From Nannocystis bainbridge (GTDB lineage Bacteria > Myxococcota_A > Polyangia > Nannocystales > Nannocystaceae): DNA of 64,000 bases. The stretch lies in contig NZ_JAQNDL010000001.1 of assembly GCF_028368995.1 (NCBI RefSeq), forward strand, positions 3,680,001 to 3,744,000, in the 5' to 3' direction. Below are positions 41,659 to 59,131 of this stretch, piece by piece. The number at the start of each line of letters is the position of its first letter. The first letter of the stretch is position 1. The notes under the pieces were generated by a model, which did no database searches, was not told the origin of the DNA, and was given only the letters and a program-made list of their open reading frames with translations. The position numbers and the translations under genes are program-made.

Positions 41659-41934
41659 GAGCTCGATCCTACAACTAACGTCGCGAGAGACGCTCTGGGG
41701 CGCTACAGCAACACCGCTCCGAGAGGCGAAGGTGTGACGGGACGCGCCCGGGGTAGGCGCTGCGGTCATAGTCGTGCATGCTGGGCCTCGCAGCATGCCG
41801 GCTCGGTCCCATCACTGCAGCCCCAGCGTCCGATGGTGAAGCCGAGGCCGCGGAGACAAAGAGCGCGGACGCCGACACCGGCCTGCTCCACGCTTGCGCA
41901 GCGCCTCCGCCCGCTCTCCCAGAAATAGGGCCGA

Positions 41935-41961
41935 AGCCGCGAGTCCCAGGGACTCGCGGCT
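41935..41961. terminator. Perfect hairpin between convergent genes
   Basis: agccgcgagtccc-a-gggactcgcggct. Confidence 0.5.
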
Positions 41962-42018
41962 CTCATGCGGACTTGACGCGTTCAGCGAGTGCGCTCAAGT
42001 CGTTGTCACCTTCAGGCT

Positions 42019-44349
<2,331 letters not shown>

Positions 44350-44999
44350 CGGGCGACGCTACCGACAGGCTCGTCGGCAAGCAACTGCCATCCCGCGGCC
44401 GCCGGCTGCGGCGTGCACCGGCGCACGCGACCGCCCCGCTCGCGCACACGACCGGACGACCGCGGCACCGCGAATCCGCGGCGACTGCACGTCCGTCGGC
44501 GACGCTCCGCGAGAGCCGCCCCGCGAGCGCGTGCAGGCGAACGCGCTCGACCGCTGCGACGCCCCGGCGAGCCAACAGCCGCGCTGCGAGACCCACGGGA
44601 CCTGGAGCCGCCGCCGGCCTCGCGCTCGCCGACGGCTGGGCGTGCCCGGCTCGTCCGCGGGCCGGGGCCCACTGTGCACAGGCTGGGTCACGCCGCCCGG
44701 CGGCCGTGAGCGTGCATCTCGCCCTCGCACGAGCCCGGGCCGCGGGCTGATGAGGGGACCGCGGCGATGCTGGCTATCAAACACGACAGGCGCCGGCTCC
44801 TGGATCGGCGATCGCCGATCGGCGCAGGCGGGCTCGTCCATCGCTCACATGAACGACCGCTCATCGAGGCGCGGCGCGGATCTGCGCGTCCGACGATTGC
44901 AATCACAGCAGCCGGCGAATCAGGCGGCGAGGGCGAGCCGGGCCGCCTGGCCCCATCCATCGACTCGCTGCAAGATCGCCGGAGCACGGCGAGGCCGCG

Positions 45000-45041
45000 C
45001 GGCTCTTTCAACATGTCTCTTGGCGCATGTCCTTAAAAACA
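45000..45041. repeat. Three 14-bp palindrome-like units upstream of the RNA ligase operon
   Basis: cggctctttcaaca|tgtctcttggcgca|tgtccttaaaaaca. Confidence 0.55.
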
Positions 45042-45325
45042 TTCTATACAGCCGCGGCAATTGTCTCCACGGGCGCTCTCGCCCTGCGCGGGGTGGTCGC
45101 TTGACGGGCACGGCGAGTTGGGGCATCTTGCGCGCCCGTCAAGGGGTCACGCCTCATGCCCGTCTCGGCCCGTTGAGCGCCTGCGCGCTCCCTCGTCCCC
45201 GGCAGTCGCCATTCGTGGCCTCTCGTCGAATGCTCCGTGGCCGCCCGGCCGCGCGGCCGTCGACGCGATAGCGAGCAGCCGGGGGGCCCAGCGGGAGCGG
45301 CCGGCGGCGCGAAGGAGCGTCCGTC

Positions 45326-46120
45326 ATGACACCGCCCATTTTAAAATATCCCCGCACGCAGCACCTCGAGGGCTCGCGCTTCCAGCACGGCGACCACGAC
45401 CTCGACGCGGTGCCGTTCCGCGACCTCCGCGGCCGCTTCGTCGTGGTCGAGGAGAAGATGGACGGCGGCAACGCCGGCATCAGCTTCGACGGCTCAGGCC
45501 AACTGCTGCTGCAGAGCCGCGGCCACTACCTGACCGGCGGCGGCCGCGAGCGCCACTTCGACCTGCTCAAGCGCTGGGCCAACACCCACGTCGACGACCT
45601 CTATTTGGCCCTCGGCGAGCGCTTCGTGATGTACGGCGAATGGATGTACGCCAAGCACACCTGCTTCTACGACGCGCTGCCCCACTACTTCATGGAGTTC
45701 GACATCTTCGACCGCGAGACCGGCGAGTTCCTGTCGACCGCGCGCCGCCGCGAGCTGCTGCGCGGCCTGCCGGTGGTCTCGGTCGCGGTGCTGTGGGAGG
45801 GCCACCCCGAGCGGCCGGCCGACATCACCCGCCACGCCGGCCCGTCGCGGTTCAAGACCCCACAATGGCGCGAGCGGCTGGCCGCAGCCGGCGCGTCGGC
45901 CGGGGTGTCGCAGGCCCAGGTGATCGCCGAGACCGACGGCTTCGACGACATGGAGGGCCTCTACATCAAGGTCGAGGAGGAGGGCCGCGTCACCGCTCGC
46001 CTCAAGTGGGTCCGCGCCAGCTTCCTCAACGCGATCCTCGACAGCGGCAGCCACTGGCTCGACCGCCCGATCGTCCCCAACCAACTCGCCGACGACGTCG
46101 ACCTGTGGGCCCCCGCGTGA
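45326..46120 (+). CDS. ATP-dependent RNA ligase family nucleotidyltransferase
   Basis: KYPRTQHL; motif I EEKMDGGN; III YGEW; IIIa FMEFDIFD; IV MEGLYIK; V RLKWVR. Confidence 0.9.
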   Translation: MTPPILKYPRTQHLEGSRFQHGDHDLDAVPFRDLRGRFVVVEEKMDGGNAGISFDGSGQLLLQSRGHYLTGGGRERHFDLLKRWANTHVDDLYLALGERFVMYGEWMYAKHTCFYDALPHYFMEFDIFDRETGEFLSTARRRELLRGLPVVSVAVLWEGHPERPADITRHAGPSRFKTPQWRERLAAAGASAGVSQAQVIAETDGFDDMEGLYIKVEEEGRVTARLKWVRASFLNAILDSGSHWLDRPIVPNQLADDVDLWAPA

Positions 46121-46151
46121 GGCCCACGGCGCGTCGACGGAGGACCTCGCC

Positions 46152-47270
46152 ATGCTGCTTCCCTATCCCTGCCCCGCCGATCCGGCGATCTCGACGGCTG
46201 TCCCCTGGGACAGCTTGTGGGAGCCGTGGATCGCGCCGATGGCCGCGTGCCCGCAAGACCCGGAGCACCACGCCGAGGGCGACGTCTGGACGCACACCAA
46301 GATGGTGTGCGAGGCGCTGGTCGACCTGCCCGGCTGGCAAGCGCTCGCGCCCGCCGACCGCGAGGTGGTGTTCGCGTCAGCGCTGCTCCACGACATCGCC
46401 AAGCCGGTGTGCACGCGCATCGAGGACGGGCGGATCCGCCAGCCCGGTCACTCGCCGCGCGGGGCGCTGATGGTCCGCGCGATGCTTTGGAAGATGGGCG
46501 TCGATCCGCTCGTGCGCGAGCGGATCGCCGCGCTGGTGCGGACCCATCAGATCCCGTTCTTCCTCATCGACCAGGACGACGCCCGCCGGCGCGCGGCGCA
46601 GATCAGCCAGACGGTCCGCTGCGACCACCTGGCCCTGCTGACCCGCGCCGACGCGCTCGGACGGATCTGCCGCGACCCGCAGCGACTGCTCGACAACATC
46701 GACCTGTTCGTCGATTTCTGCGCCGAGCACGAATGCCTCGACCAGCCGTGGACGTTCCCGAGCGCGCACACGCGATTCGTGTACTTTCGCAGCGAGGATC
46801 GCGACCCGCGCTTCGCGGTGCACGACGACACCCGCTGCGAGGTCGTCTTGATGTCGGGCCTGCCCGGCAGCGGCAAGGATCACTGGATCGCGCACAACCT
46901 CGACCTGCCGGTGATCTCGCTCGACGCGCTGCGCGAGGAGCTCGACCTGTCGCCGACGGGGCCGCAGCACGCGGTGATCCAGGCCGCGCGCGAGCAAGCC
47001 CGCGAGTACCTGCGCCGCGGGCAGTCGTTCGTGTGGAACGCGACCAACCTGAGCCGCGAGCTGCGCGGGCGCCTGATCGATCTGTGCACCGATTACGGGG
47101 CGCGCGTGCGGGTCGTGTTCCTCGACACGCCGTATCGCCGGGTGCTGCGTCAGAACCGCGAGCGCGAGGCCCAGGTGCCGCTGGCGGCGATCGAGCGCAT
47201 GCTGGGGCGCTGGGAGCCGCCCGACCTGACCGAGGCGCATCAGGTCGAGTGGATCTTGCAAGGCGATTGA
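46152..47270 (+). CDS. HD phosphoesterase / P-loop polynucleotide kinase (HD-Pnk-like)
   Basis: HHAEGDVWTHT, LLHDIAK, GHS, RADALGR; GLPGSGKD, SLDALR, VWNATN. Confidence 0.9.
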   Translation: MLLPYPCPADPAISTAVPWDSLWEPWIAPMAACPQDPEHHAEGDVWTHTKMVCEALVDLPGWQALAPADREVVFASALLHDIAKPVCTRIEDGRIRQPGHSPRGALMVRAMLWKMGVDPLVRERIAALVRTHQIPFFLIDQDDARRRAAQISQTVRCDHLALLTRADALGRICRDPQRLLDNIDLFVDFCAEHECLDQPWTFPSAHTRFVYFRSEDRDPRFAVHDDTRCEVVLMSGLPGSGKDHWIAHNLDLPVISLDALREELDLSPTGPQHAVIQAAREQAREYLRRGQSFVWNATNLSRELRGRLIDLCTDYGARVRVVFLDTPYRRVLRQNREREAQVPLAAIERMLGRWEPPDLTEAHQVEWILQGD

Positions 47271-47291
47271 GCGCGTCGCGGCGCGCGGCCC

Positions 47292-48296
47292 TCAATCGCC
47301 GAGACGACGGCGGCCGCCGAGGTCGACCTGCACGCCGACGCCGGTCGCGAGCGCGCGACCGTGCAGATAATGGGCGACGGCCACGTCCTCGACCCCGAGG
47401 CCGAGCGATTTGAAGAGGGTGATGTCGGCGTCGCTGCGTCGGCCCTCGCACGCGCCGCACAGCAGCTCGCCGAGCTCGCCGAGGATGTGGCCGTCGTCGA
47501 TGATCCCCTCGGCGCGCGCGAGCAAGAAATCACCCGACTCCGCCAGCGCCGATTCGCAGCGGTCGACGTAGAGCCGCGCGCGGGCGACGGCGCGGGCGTC
47601 GAGCTCGCGGGCCGCGGGCACGCAGGCGCCGACCGCGTTCACGTGGGTGCCCGGGGCCAGCCACTCGCCGTACAGCACCGGCTCGCGCGAGGAAGTGGTG
47701 GTGCACACGATCGCCGCGCCGTCGACCGCCTCGCGCGCCGAGCCGACGGCGCGCACCTCGAGCGGGAACCGCTGCCGGGCCTGGCGCGCGAACGCCTCGC
47801 GGTTGGCCGGCGTGGCGCTGAAGACCCGCACGCGGCGGATCGGTCGCACGCACTGCATCGCCTCGAGGTGGGTCCATGCCTGCGTGCCGGCGCCGAGGAT
47901 CGCCAGCTCGTCGGCGCCCTCCCGGGCCAGGGCGCGGGTCGCCACCGCCGAGACCGCGGCGGTGCGGATCGCGGTGACCTCGGTGGCGTCGAGGATCGCC
48001 CGCGGCGCGCCGGTGTCGGCGTCGAACAGGGTCACGAGGCCCTGATGCGAATCGAACGGGGTGCCGTGATTGCTCGGGAACACGGCGACGATCTTGAGCC
48101 CGAGCGCCTGCCGCGATTGCAGCGCCGCCGGCATCATGCCGAGGATCGCTCCGCCGGCGAGCCGCATGCCCCAGCGCAGCGGGCTGGTCGCCTCGTCGCG
48201 CGCGAGCGCGGTCAACACCTCGGCCATCTGCTCGATGCATTCCGCCATCGGCAGGAGCTGGCGGATCTCGCGTTGCGTAAGAATCACCGTGGTCAT
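47292..48296 (-). CDS. Ornithine cyclodeaminase/mu-crystallin family
   Basis: GLKIVAVFP.N; TAIRTAAVSA; ILGAGTQA; PGTHVNAVG; LFKSLGLGVEDV. Confidence 0.93.
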   Translation of the reverse strand: MTTVILTQREIRQLLPMAECIEQMAEVLTALARDEATSPLRWGMRLAGGAILGMMPAALQSRQALGLKIVAVFPSNHGTPFDSHQGLVTLFDADTGAPRAILDATEVTAIRTAAVSAVATRALAREGADELAILGAGTQAWTHLEAMQCVRPIRRVRVFSATPANREAFARQARQRFPLEVRAVGSAREAVDGAAIVCTTTSSREPVLYGEWLAPGTHVNAVGACVPAARELDARAVARARLYVDRCESALAESGDFLLARAEGIIDDGHILGELGELLCGACEGRRSDADITLFKSLGLGVEDVAVAHYLHGRALATGVGVQVDLGGRRRLGD

Positions 48297-48761
48297 GCTG
48301 CGGCGCGACGGTCGCACGCGGCCGCGGCGCGCACAAGCGCCTGCGAACGTGCAGGCGCGCGAGCGCGAGGGGCGAGACCGCCCGATCGTGACAGCGAGCC
48401 CGGCGATTCGCCGGTTTGCCCGTCGGGGTCCGCGGTGATGCGACGGATGCATGACCCCGGTCGGGGATGACATTGGCCGTGGGTGTGACGAAGACTCAAT
48501 CGCAGCAGCATCTGGCGCGCGGCACGGTCGTCGGGGTCACCACCAGCGAACGAGCGGCTGACCGCGAGCGGCCCGCAGCGCTCGCCAGGCCGCGAGCCCG
48601 CGCCGTGCAAGTGAAGCCTCGCGCTTACACCTGCAACCGAGCCCACGACAGCCGACGTGCGACCCATCTGCTCGCTCGCGTTCGCCAGGCCAGCGCCGGA
48701 TCGTGGCCCCGCGGGAGCGCCGGGCCGGGCGCGCCGGCGGGTGCGTGCTATGCATCCTGCG

Positions 48762-49727
48762 ATGCCCCGGATCCTCCTCACCGGCGCCACTGGGTTCGTC
48801 GGCCGCGCGGTTCGGCCGGCGTTGCTGCGCGCGGGCTGGCAGGTCCGCGGGCTCAGCCGTGACGTCCGCCGCGCGCGCGATCGCTGGCCGGAGATCGAGT
48901 GGGTCCAGGGCGACGTCGGCGACCCTGCCGTCTGCGCCCGCGCGCTGGCCGATTGCGACGCGGCGCTCTACCTGGTCCACGCGATCGGCGAGGGCGCCGA
49001 CTTTCGCCGGCGCGAGCTGGCAGCGGCGCAGACCTTCGCCGCCGCTGCCGCGGAGGTCCCTTCGATGCGGCGCATCGTCTACCTCGGCGGGGTCGCGCCC
49101 GGCGACGAGCCGTCCGAGCATTTGCAGAGCCGGCTCGAGGTCGGTGAGGCGCTGCGCGCCGGCCCGGTCCCGGCGATCGAGCTGCGCGCCAGCATGATCG
49201 TCGGCCACGGCAGCCTGAGCTGGCTGGTGGTCCGCGACCTGGCCGCGCGCCTGCCGGTGATGGTGCTGCCGCGCTGGCTCCGCTCGCGCACCGAGCCGGT
49301 GGCGATCGACGACGTCGTGGTCGCGCTAGTGCAGGCGCTGGCGCTTGAGCAGGCCGGCAGCGCGTGGTTCGACATCCCCGGCCCCGACGTGCTCACGGGC
49401 AAGCAGATCCTCGAGGAGGTCGCCCGCGCGATGGGCCACGGGCGCCCGCGCTCGCTCGACGTCCCGCTGCTTTCGCCGCGCCTGTCGTCGCTGTGGGTCC
49501 GCTTCGTCACCCGCGCCGAATGGTCGGTGGCCCGCAACATCGTCGTCGGTCTGACGCACGACCTGCTGGCCCGCAACGACGATTACTGGCGCCGCATCGG
49601 TCACCCCGTGCGGCTGCCCTTCGCCGAGGCCGCGAAGCGAGCGCTGGATGCCGAGGCGCGCGAGGGCGTCCCGGTGCGCGGCCCGTGGGGCGTGGTCGAG
49701 CGCGTGCTGGCGACGCACGGCTCCTAG
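48762..49727 (+). CDS. NAD(P)-binding atypical SDR (YbjT-like)
   Basis: LTGATGFVG; ALYLVH; IVYLGG; SEHLQSRLEVG; ELRASMIVG. Confidence 0.88.
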   Translation: MPRILLTGATGFVGRAVRPALLRAGWQVRGLSRDVRRARDRWPEIEWVQGDVGDPAVCARALADCDAALYLVHAIGEGADFRRRELAAAQTFAAAAAEVPSMRRIVYLGGVAPGDEPSEHLQSRLEVGEALRAGPVPAIELRASMIVGHGSLSWLVVRDLAARLPVMVLPRWLRSRTEPVAIDDVVVALVQALALEQAGSAWFDIPGPDVLTGKQILEEVARAMGHGRPRSLDVPLLSPRLSSLWVRFVTRAEWSVARNIVVGLTHDLLARNDDYWRRIGHPVRLPFAEAAKRALDAEAREGVPVRGPWGVVERVLATHGS

Positions 49728-49739
49728 CCCGCCCCGCGC

Positions 49740-50570
49740 TCATTCGTGCCAGGGCTCCCACAGCGTGCGCAGGCTGACCAGCGCACCGCTGGCGCCCTGG
49801 ATCTCGGCCTTGTAGGTAGTCCCGCCGGTGAGCCTGAGGCCCGGGTCGTTGTCGTAGTGGCGACCGACCCATGTGCCGGGCTTGATCGTGTCGGTCGAGC
49901 CGCGCTCCCACCAGCACTCGAGGTCGCAGTCGAAGAGCTCGCAGGTGCGGCGGCATTTCCACCAATCGGTGGTGAACGTGGCGTCGCCGGTGCCCTCGCG
50001 GCCCTGCATGGCGACCGCCTCGTATTCGCCGGAGTTCATGTCCGACGTCGATTCGGCCCACTCCCAGCCCTGCGTGCAATGGCTGCGCTCGGGGCGGGTA
50101 CAAAAAGTGGTCTTGAACCACTGCTGCTCCCAGTCGTCGCGCGTCGGCGAGACCGTGGCGACCGGCAGCGTCGGCGGCGAGACCGGCTTCGGCGACGGTG
50201 ACACCTCCTCGACCTCGCGCTCGGCCTGGCGGTCGAGCGCCGCGGCGAGCGCGGGCGGTGGTTCGCGGCCGGGCGCCAGCCTCGACCACACCTCGGCCGC
50301 GCCCTCGCGCATCAGCTCCGGCGTCACCGCGCGCTCGGGGTCGTCGACGCTGCCGCGCTCGACCACGCTGATGAGCCCGGGCTCGAGCTCCTCGAACAGC
50401 ACCACGTGGCCGCCGCCGAGGTCGAGCTCGGCCAGCACGCCCGGCTGCGTCGCCGGCGCGGCCTGTGCCGCCGGCTCGGCCTGCTCCGGCGTCGCGGGGC
50501 TCGGGACCGCCTCGTCCGCGTCGCAAGCAGCCAGCGCGATCGACACGATGATGGCTGCCCGTCGAAGCAT
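49740..50570 (-). CDS. Hypothetical lipoprotein
   Basis: MLRRAAIIVSIALAAC lipobox; Trp/Cys-rich C-terminal domain. Confidence 0.7.
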   Translation of the reverse strand: MLRRAAIIVSIALAACDADEAVPSPATPEQAEPAAQAAPATQPGVLAELDLGGGHVVLFEELEPGLISVVERGSVDDPERAVTPELMREGAAEVWSRLAPGREPPPALAAALDRQAEREVEEVSPSPKPVSPPTLPVATVSPTRDDWEQQWFKTTFCTRPERSHCTQGWEWAESTSDMNSGEYEAVAMQGREGTGDATFTTDWWKCRRTCELFDCDLECWWERGSTDTIKPGTWVGRHYDNDPGLRLTGGTTYKAEIQGASGALVSLRTLWEPWHE

Positions 50571-51096
50571 GGGGTCCTCGCAGGTCGCGCCCGGCGCGAC
50601 GCGGTGACCTTGACACCCGGGCCGCAGGACGCAAGCGCAGCTCCGCGCGTCCGGCAGGCTCGGCCACAGGGCGCGCGCAGAGAAGGCCGGTCGCGCCTCG
50701 TCCGCGAACCGGTCGCAGCCACGATCCTCGTTCGGCGTCGATCGCGGCCCGGTGGCAGCTGACCGCACATTCGCCGTCATGCCATTGACCCGTGATCGAT
50801 CGGCGTATTCCACATCGTCCTTCCCCACCGATCGCTCGCACGTGCGATTGGGCGATCCTTGCCATTCGGGGGATCTTGCCCACGCGGCCTTTGGGCCCCC
50901 TCGCGAACCGCGATGTCTCTTCAAGACGCGCATTTTGTCGCGAGATCGGGGACGACGTGAAACCGCTGTTTGCGAAATCATGCCTTGCAACCCGGCCCTA
51001 GGTCGGTCACCTTCGGGCTCCCATCTCTGCCGGCGGTCTTGCGGCCGTCGCCGGCGGGGCGTGATCGCGTGGGCCGCGGAGACCGGAAAACAGACC

Positions 51097-51444
51097 ATGG
51101 CAGCCTATTTTCGCTTCACCGACACCAATGGCCAGCCGCGCTTCGTGATCGAGCTCAACGACGAGGCCAAGATTGCGCATGCGCGGCGGATCCTCAGCGG
51201 CGAGGAGACCCAGCGGATCCACATCCACGGGCGCATCATCAAGCGGCCTGTGCCCTACAACCCGGGCTGGTCGTTCCACCTGGACTCGAACACCATCGAT
51301 TTCTTCGACATGGCGATCGAAGTGTGCGACTCGAGCATGCAATACCTCGAGGATCACCTCGACGAGGCCGGCGGCGCCTTCCTGCCCGGCGGGCACTGGT
51401 GCCCGTGGTCGTCGCGGCTGGTCGACGAGGTCAAGCCGGGGTAG
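51097..51444 (+). CDS. BP74/calmodulin-binding-protein-like small protein
   Basis: FVIELNDEAKIAHARRIL..YNPGWSFHLD..FFDMAIEVCD..YLEDHLDEAGGAFLP..WCPWSSRL. Confidence 0.8.
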   Translation: MAAYFRFTDTNGQPRFVIELNDEAKIAHARRILSGEETQRIHIHGRIIKRPVPYNPGWSFHLDSNTIDFFDMAIEVCDSSMQYLEDHLDEAGGAFLPGGHWCPWSSRLVDEVKPG

Positions 51445-51604
51445 CGGCATTCGCCGTGATCGTCGCCCTGCGGTCGCAGGGCGGCGCGGCGCATTGCGCC
51501 TGATCGCAAGGTGGCGCCATTGGCATGACCGCCGAACGGCGCTCGTGAATGGCGGCAATCACACGCCGGCGCTCGGGGCCGGCGCTCGTCATTTCGCCCC
51601 GCGC

Positions 51605-52747
51605 TCAGCGCACGACGAAGCGCAGGCCGGCGGCCTGCAGGCGCTCGATGAGCAGCTCGCCGCAGGCGGCCGCCGTGGTCGACACGCCACCTGTCTCTTT
51701 GCACATGTCTCGTTGTAACACCAGGCACAGCGCCGTCTCGCCGGCCATCTTGGCCGTCTCGTCGTAGCCCGGGTCGCCGCCGGAGACCTCGGCGATCACC
51801 GGCGGGTCGTCGCCGGCGCGGCCGACGAAGGTCACCTTGAACCAGCTCTTGGCCCGCACCTCGGGCGCGGGGCCGCTGCCGGGCGGGTGCATGCGCGACA
51901 GCAGGCGGCGCAGCGGGCCGATCTTGGCCGCGCCGACCAGCGCCCCGGCGCCCGCGATCGCCAGGCCGACGTGGTAGAGCCGCGGCATCGCCACGTAGTG
52001 CGCGTAGCTGAACTCGGGCCCGTAGTCGCCGCGCAGCCGGGCCGAGCGGCGAGCGATCTGCGGGTCGATGGTCGGCATCGGCACCGCCCAGCGGCCGAGC
52101 TCGCGCTGGTAGTGGATCGCGGCTCGCTTGCGTCCGCTCGGAGCGCCGCTCCGCGGCTTGCGTGAAGGGGTCGGGGCGCCGAGCACGCCGAGCGCGGACG
52201 CGAGCGTGCCGCCGGAGAAGCTGCCGCGGCCCTCGAGATAGCCGGCGATCGTCAGCGGCCGGCCCTGCGGGAGGGCGCGCGTGGTCCACAACACGCCGAG
52301 GTCGGTGGGGATGCTGTCGAAGCCGCAACACGGCAGCACGAGCACGCCGCGGGCCCGCGCCGCGGCGTCGTACGCGGCGATGATGCTTTCGACGAAGGCG
52401 GGCTCGCCGGTGAGGTCGAGGTAGTCGGCACCCTGCTCGACGCACGCGCGCACCACTGGTTCGCCGTAGCGCACGTAGGGACCGACGGTCGTTAGGATCA
52501 CGCGCGAGCTGGCCGCCATGCGCGCGAGCGCGGCGGGGTCGTCGGTGTCGGCGACGACGATCCCGACCTCACGCCCGAGCTCCGCGGCGACCGCGGCGAG
52601 CTTGTCGCGCGAGCGCCCTGCGACCGCGAGACGCACCTCGGGGGGCGCGTGGGCGGCGAGGTAGGCGGCGCACAGACGGCCGACGAAGCCGGTCGCGCCG
52701 AACACGGTGATGTCCCAGTCTCTCGCGGATGCAGCGGGCGGCGTCAC
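51605..52747 (-). CDS. Saccharopine dehydrogenase-like oxidoreductase
   Basis: FGATGFVG; AGRS; TTVGPY..GEPVV.AC; YLDLTGE; CGFDSIPTDLG; GDPGYDETAKM. Confidence 0.9.
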   Translation of the reverse strand: MTPPAASARDWDITVFGATGFVGRLCAAYLAAHAPPEVRLAVAGRSRDKLAAVAAELGREVGIVVADTDDPAALARMAASSRVILTTVGPYVRYGEPVVRACVEQGADYLDLTGEPAFVESIIAAYDAAARARGVLVLPCCGFDSIPTDLGVLWTTRALPQGRPLTIAGYLEGRGSFSGGTLASALGVLGAPTPSRKPRSGAPSGRKRAAIHYQRELGRWAVPMPTIDPQIARRSARLRGDYGPEFSYAHYVAMPRLYHVGLAIAGAGALVGAAKIGPLRRLLSRMHPPGSGPAPEVRAKSWFKVTFVGRAGDDPPVIAEVSGGDPGYDETAKMAGETALCLVLQRDMCKETGGVSTTAAACGELLIERLQAAGLRFVVR

Positions 52748-52800
52748 CGGGCGAGGATACCTTGTTTCTCGCGCGCGACCTGGCGATACACTCGTCCGCC

Positions 52801-57897
<5,097 letters not shown>

Positions 57898-58196
57898 TGT
57901 CCGCAGGGACAGGTCGCGGAGCGACATGTCCTCCGGGACATGTCGCGCGATCGCCCGCTCGACCCCTGCAGCGCATGAATGCGCGCCCAGCCATGCGCGC
58001 AAGATCCGAAGGGAGCACCCCGACCTGGACTATCGGAACATCCCCGGGGTCAAATCACCCCGACGCGCCGATCTAACCTGTCCCAAAGGACATTCATGTC
58101 GAACGACGCCGTGTCCCGCAATCACATGTCCCGAGGGACATGCGCGATCAAGACGATCGGCGCCGCGACCGCCGCTGTCACATGTCCGAACGGACA
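57898..58196. repeat. Cluster of 14-bp palindrome units
   Basis: tgtccgcagggaca (57898), tgtcctccgggaca (57927), tgtcccaaaggaca (58079), tgtcccgagggaca (58127), tgtccgaacggaca (58183). Confidence 0.85.
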
Positions 58197-58242
58197 GATG
58201 AATCCGCGCCCCGTCGATGCGAACCCAGCCACTGGCACATCG

Positions 58243-58289
58243 TCCCGCGCCCCCTTTTGAGCCCTTCTTTAAAAGGGGCGCACGCGGGA
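58243..58289. terminator. Long hairpin between convergent genes
   Basis: tcccgcgcccccttttga..ttaaaaggggcgcacgcggga. Confidence 0.45.
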
Positions 58290-58389
58290 TGCGATCGAAT
58301 CTGGCCGCTCCCGCGCACATCAGAAGAGGGTTGTTACCGGGCTCCATCTCGGGTCATGCCCATTCGGGCGTGGCCCACCGCGCGAACGA

Positions 58390-58878
58390 TCAGCTCGCCA
58401 TCGACGAGGGCGAGGCGCAGTACAGCGGGCTGTGCAGCGCGTCACCGAGGCGGCGGACCACCTCGTCGTCGGTCAGGTCGAGCCAGTCGTGGCCGATCTC
58501 GACATGCACCCGCGCGTACGCGCGCGGCGACAGCGCTCGACGCAGGTCGCCGAGCGCACGCGGCGGGGCGACGAGGATCACTCGCTGGACGCGGCGGTCG
58601 CCGACGCCGCGGTCGACGAACGCGGCGATCTGGCCGCTGAACTCGACCTCGGCCTTGTCGTGCGGGTTGCTGCGCGGCTCGAACGTGTGGCGGGCGGCGC
58701 CCGCGGACCCGCGCGAGCGGCCTGGGCGGTCTTCACCGACCTCATGGTTGAGCTCTCGCCCGCTCGTGAATCCGTCGCCGAACGGCCGGGTCAGCGCGGC
58801 GCCGGGTGCTTCCTGCACCAGGATCCGGCTACGCGAGCCGTCCATGAGGACGATCCAGGTAGGAGTGTGGGGCTTCAT
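58390..58878 (-). CDS. Host-attachment protein family (baeRF12-like)
   Basis: TWIVLMDGSRSRIL; DRPGR; VILVAPPRALGDLR. Confidence 0.88.
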   Translation of the reverse strand: MKPHTPTWIVLMDGSRSRILVQEAPGAALTRPFGDGFTSGRELNHEVGEDRPGRSRGSAGAARHTFEPRSNPHDKAEVEFSGQIAAFVDRGVGDRRVQRVILVAPPRALGDLRRALSPRAYARVHVEIGHDWLDLTDDEVVRRLGDALHSPLYCASPSSMAS

Positions 58879-59131
58879 GTCAAAAACCCTGATCGGGGAA
58901 GCCTCGTGAGGCCAACCGAAAAATTCCAACCTGGAGCGTCGCCGCGCCACCGGAGCGGATTTGCCGACATCCTGGTGAATGCAGCCGGCGGCAGCCTCGC
59001 CCCCAAGCAGGCTCTACGGGCTGTCAGGGCCCGCTGGCGGGCTGGCGCGGCAGATTTCACGGATCTGGCCGGAGTTCCGTGGATTGACGACCCGTTCAGC
59101 ATATTGTACGCCTGAAGAGTCCGAGGAACCG

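Noticed and set aside
50940-51096. Riboswitch upstream of the BP74-like gene
   Set aside because: Only generic GC stems; no aptamer consensus recognised.
57898-58196. Transposon or IS ends (TGT..ACA)
   Set aside because: No transposase, no target-site duplication and no paired long terminal repeats.
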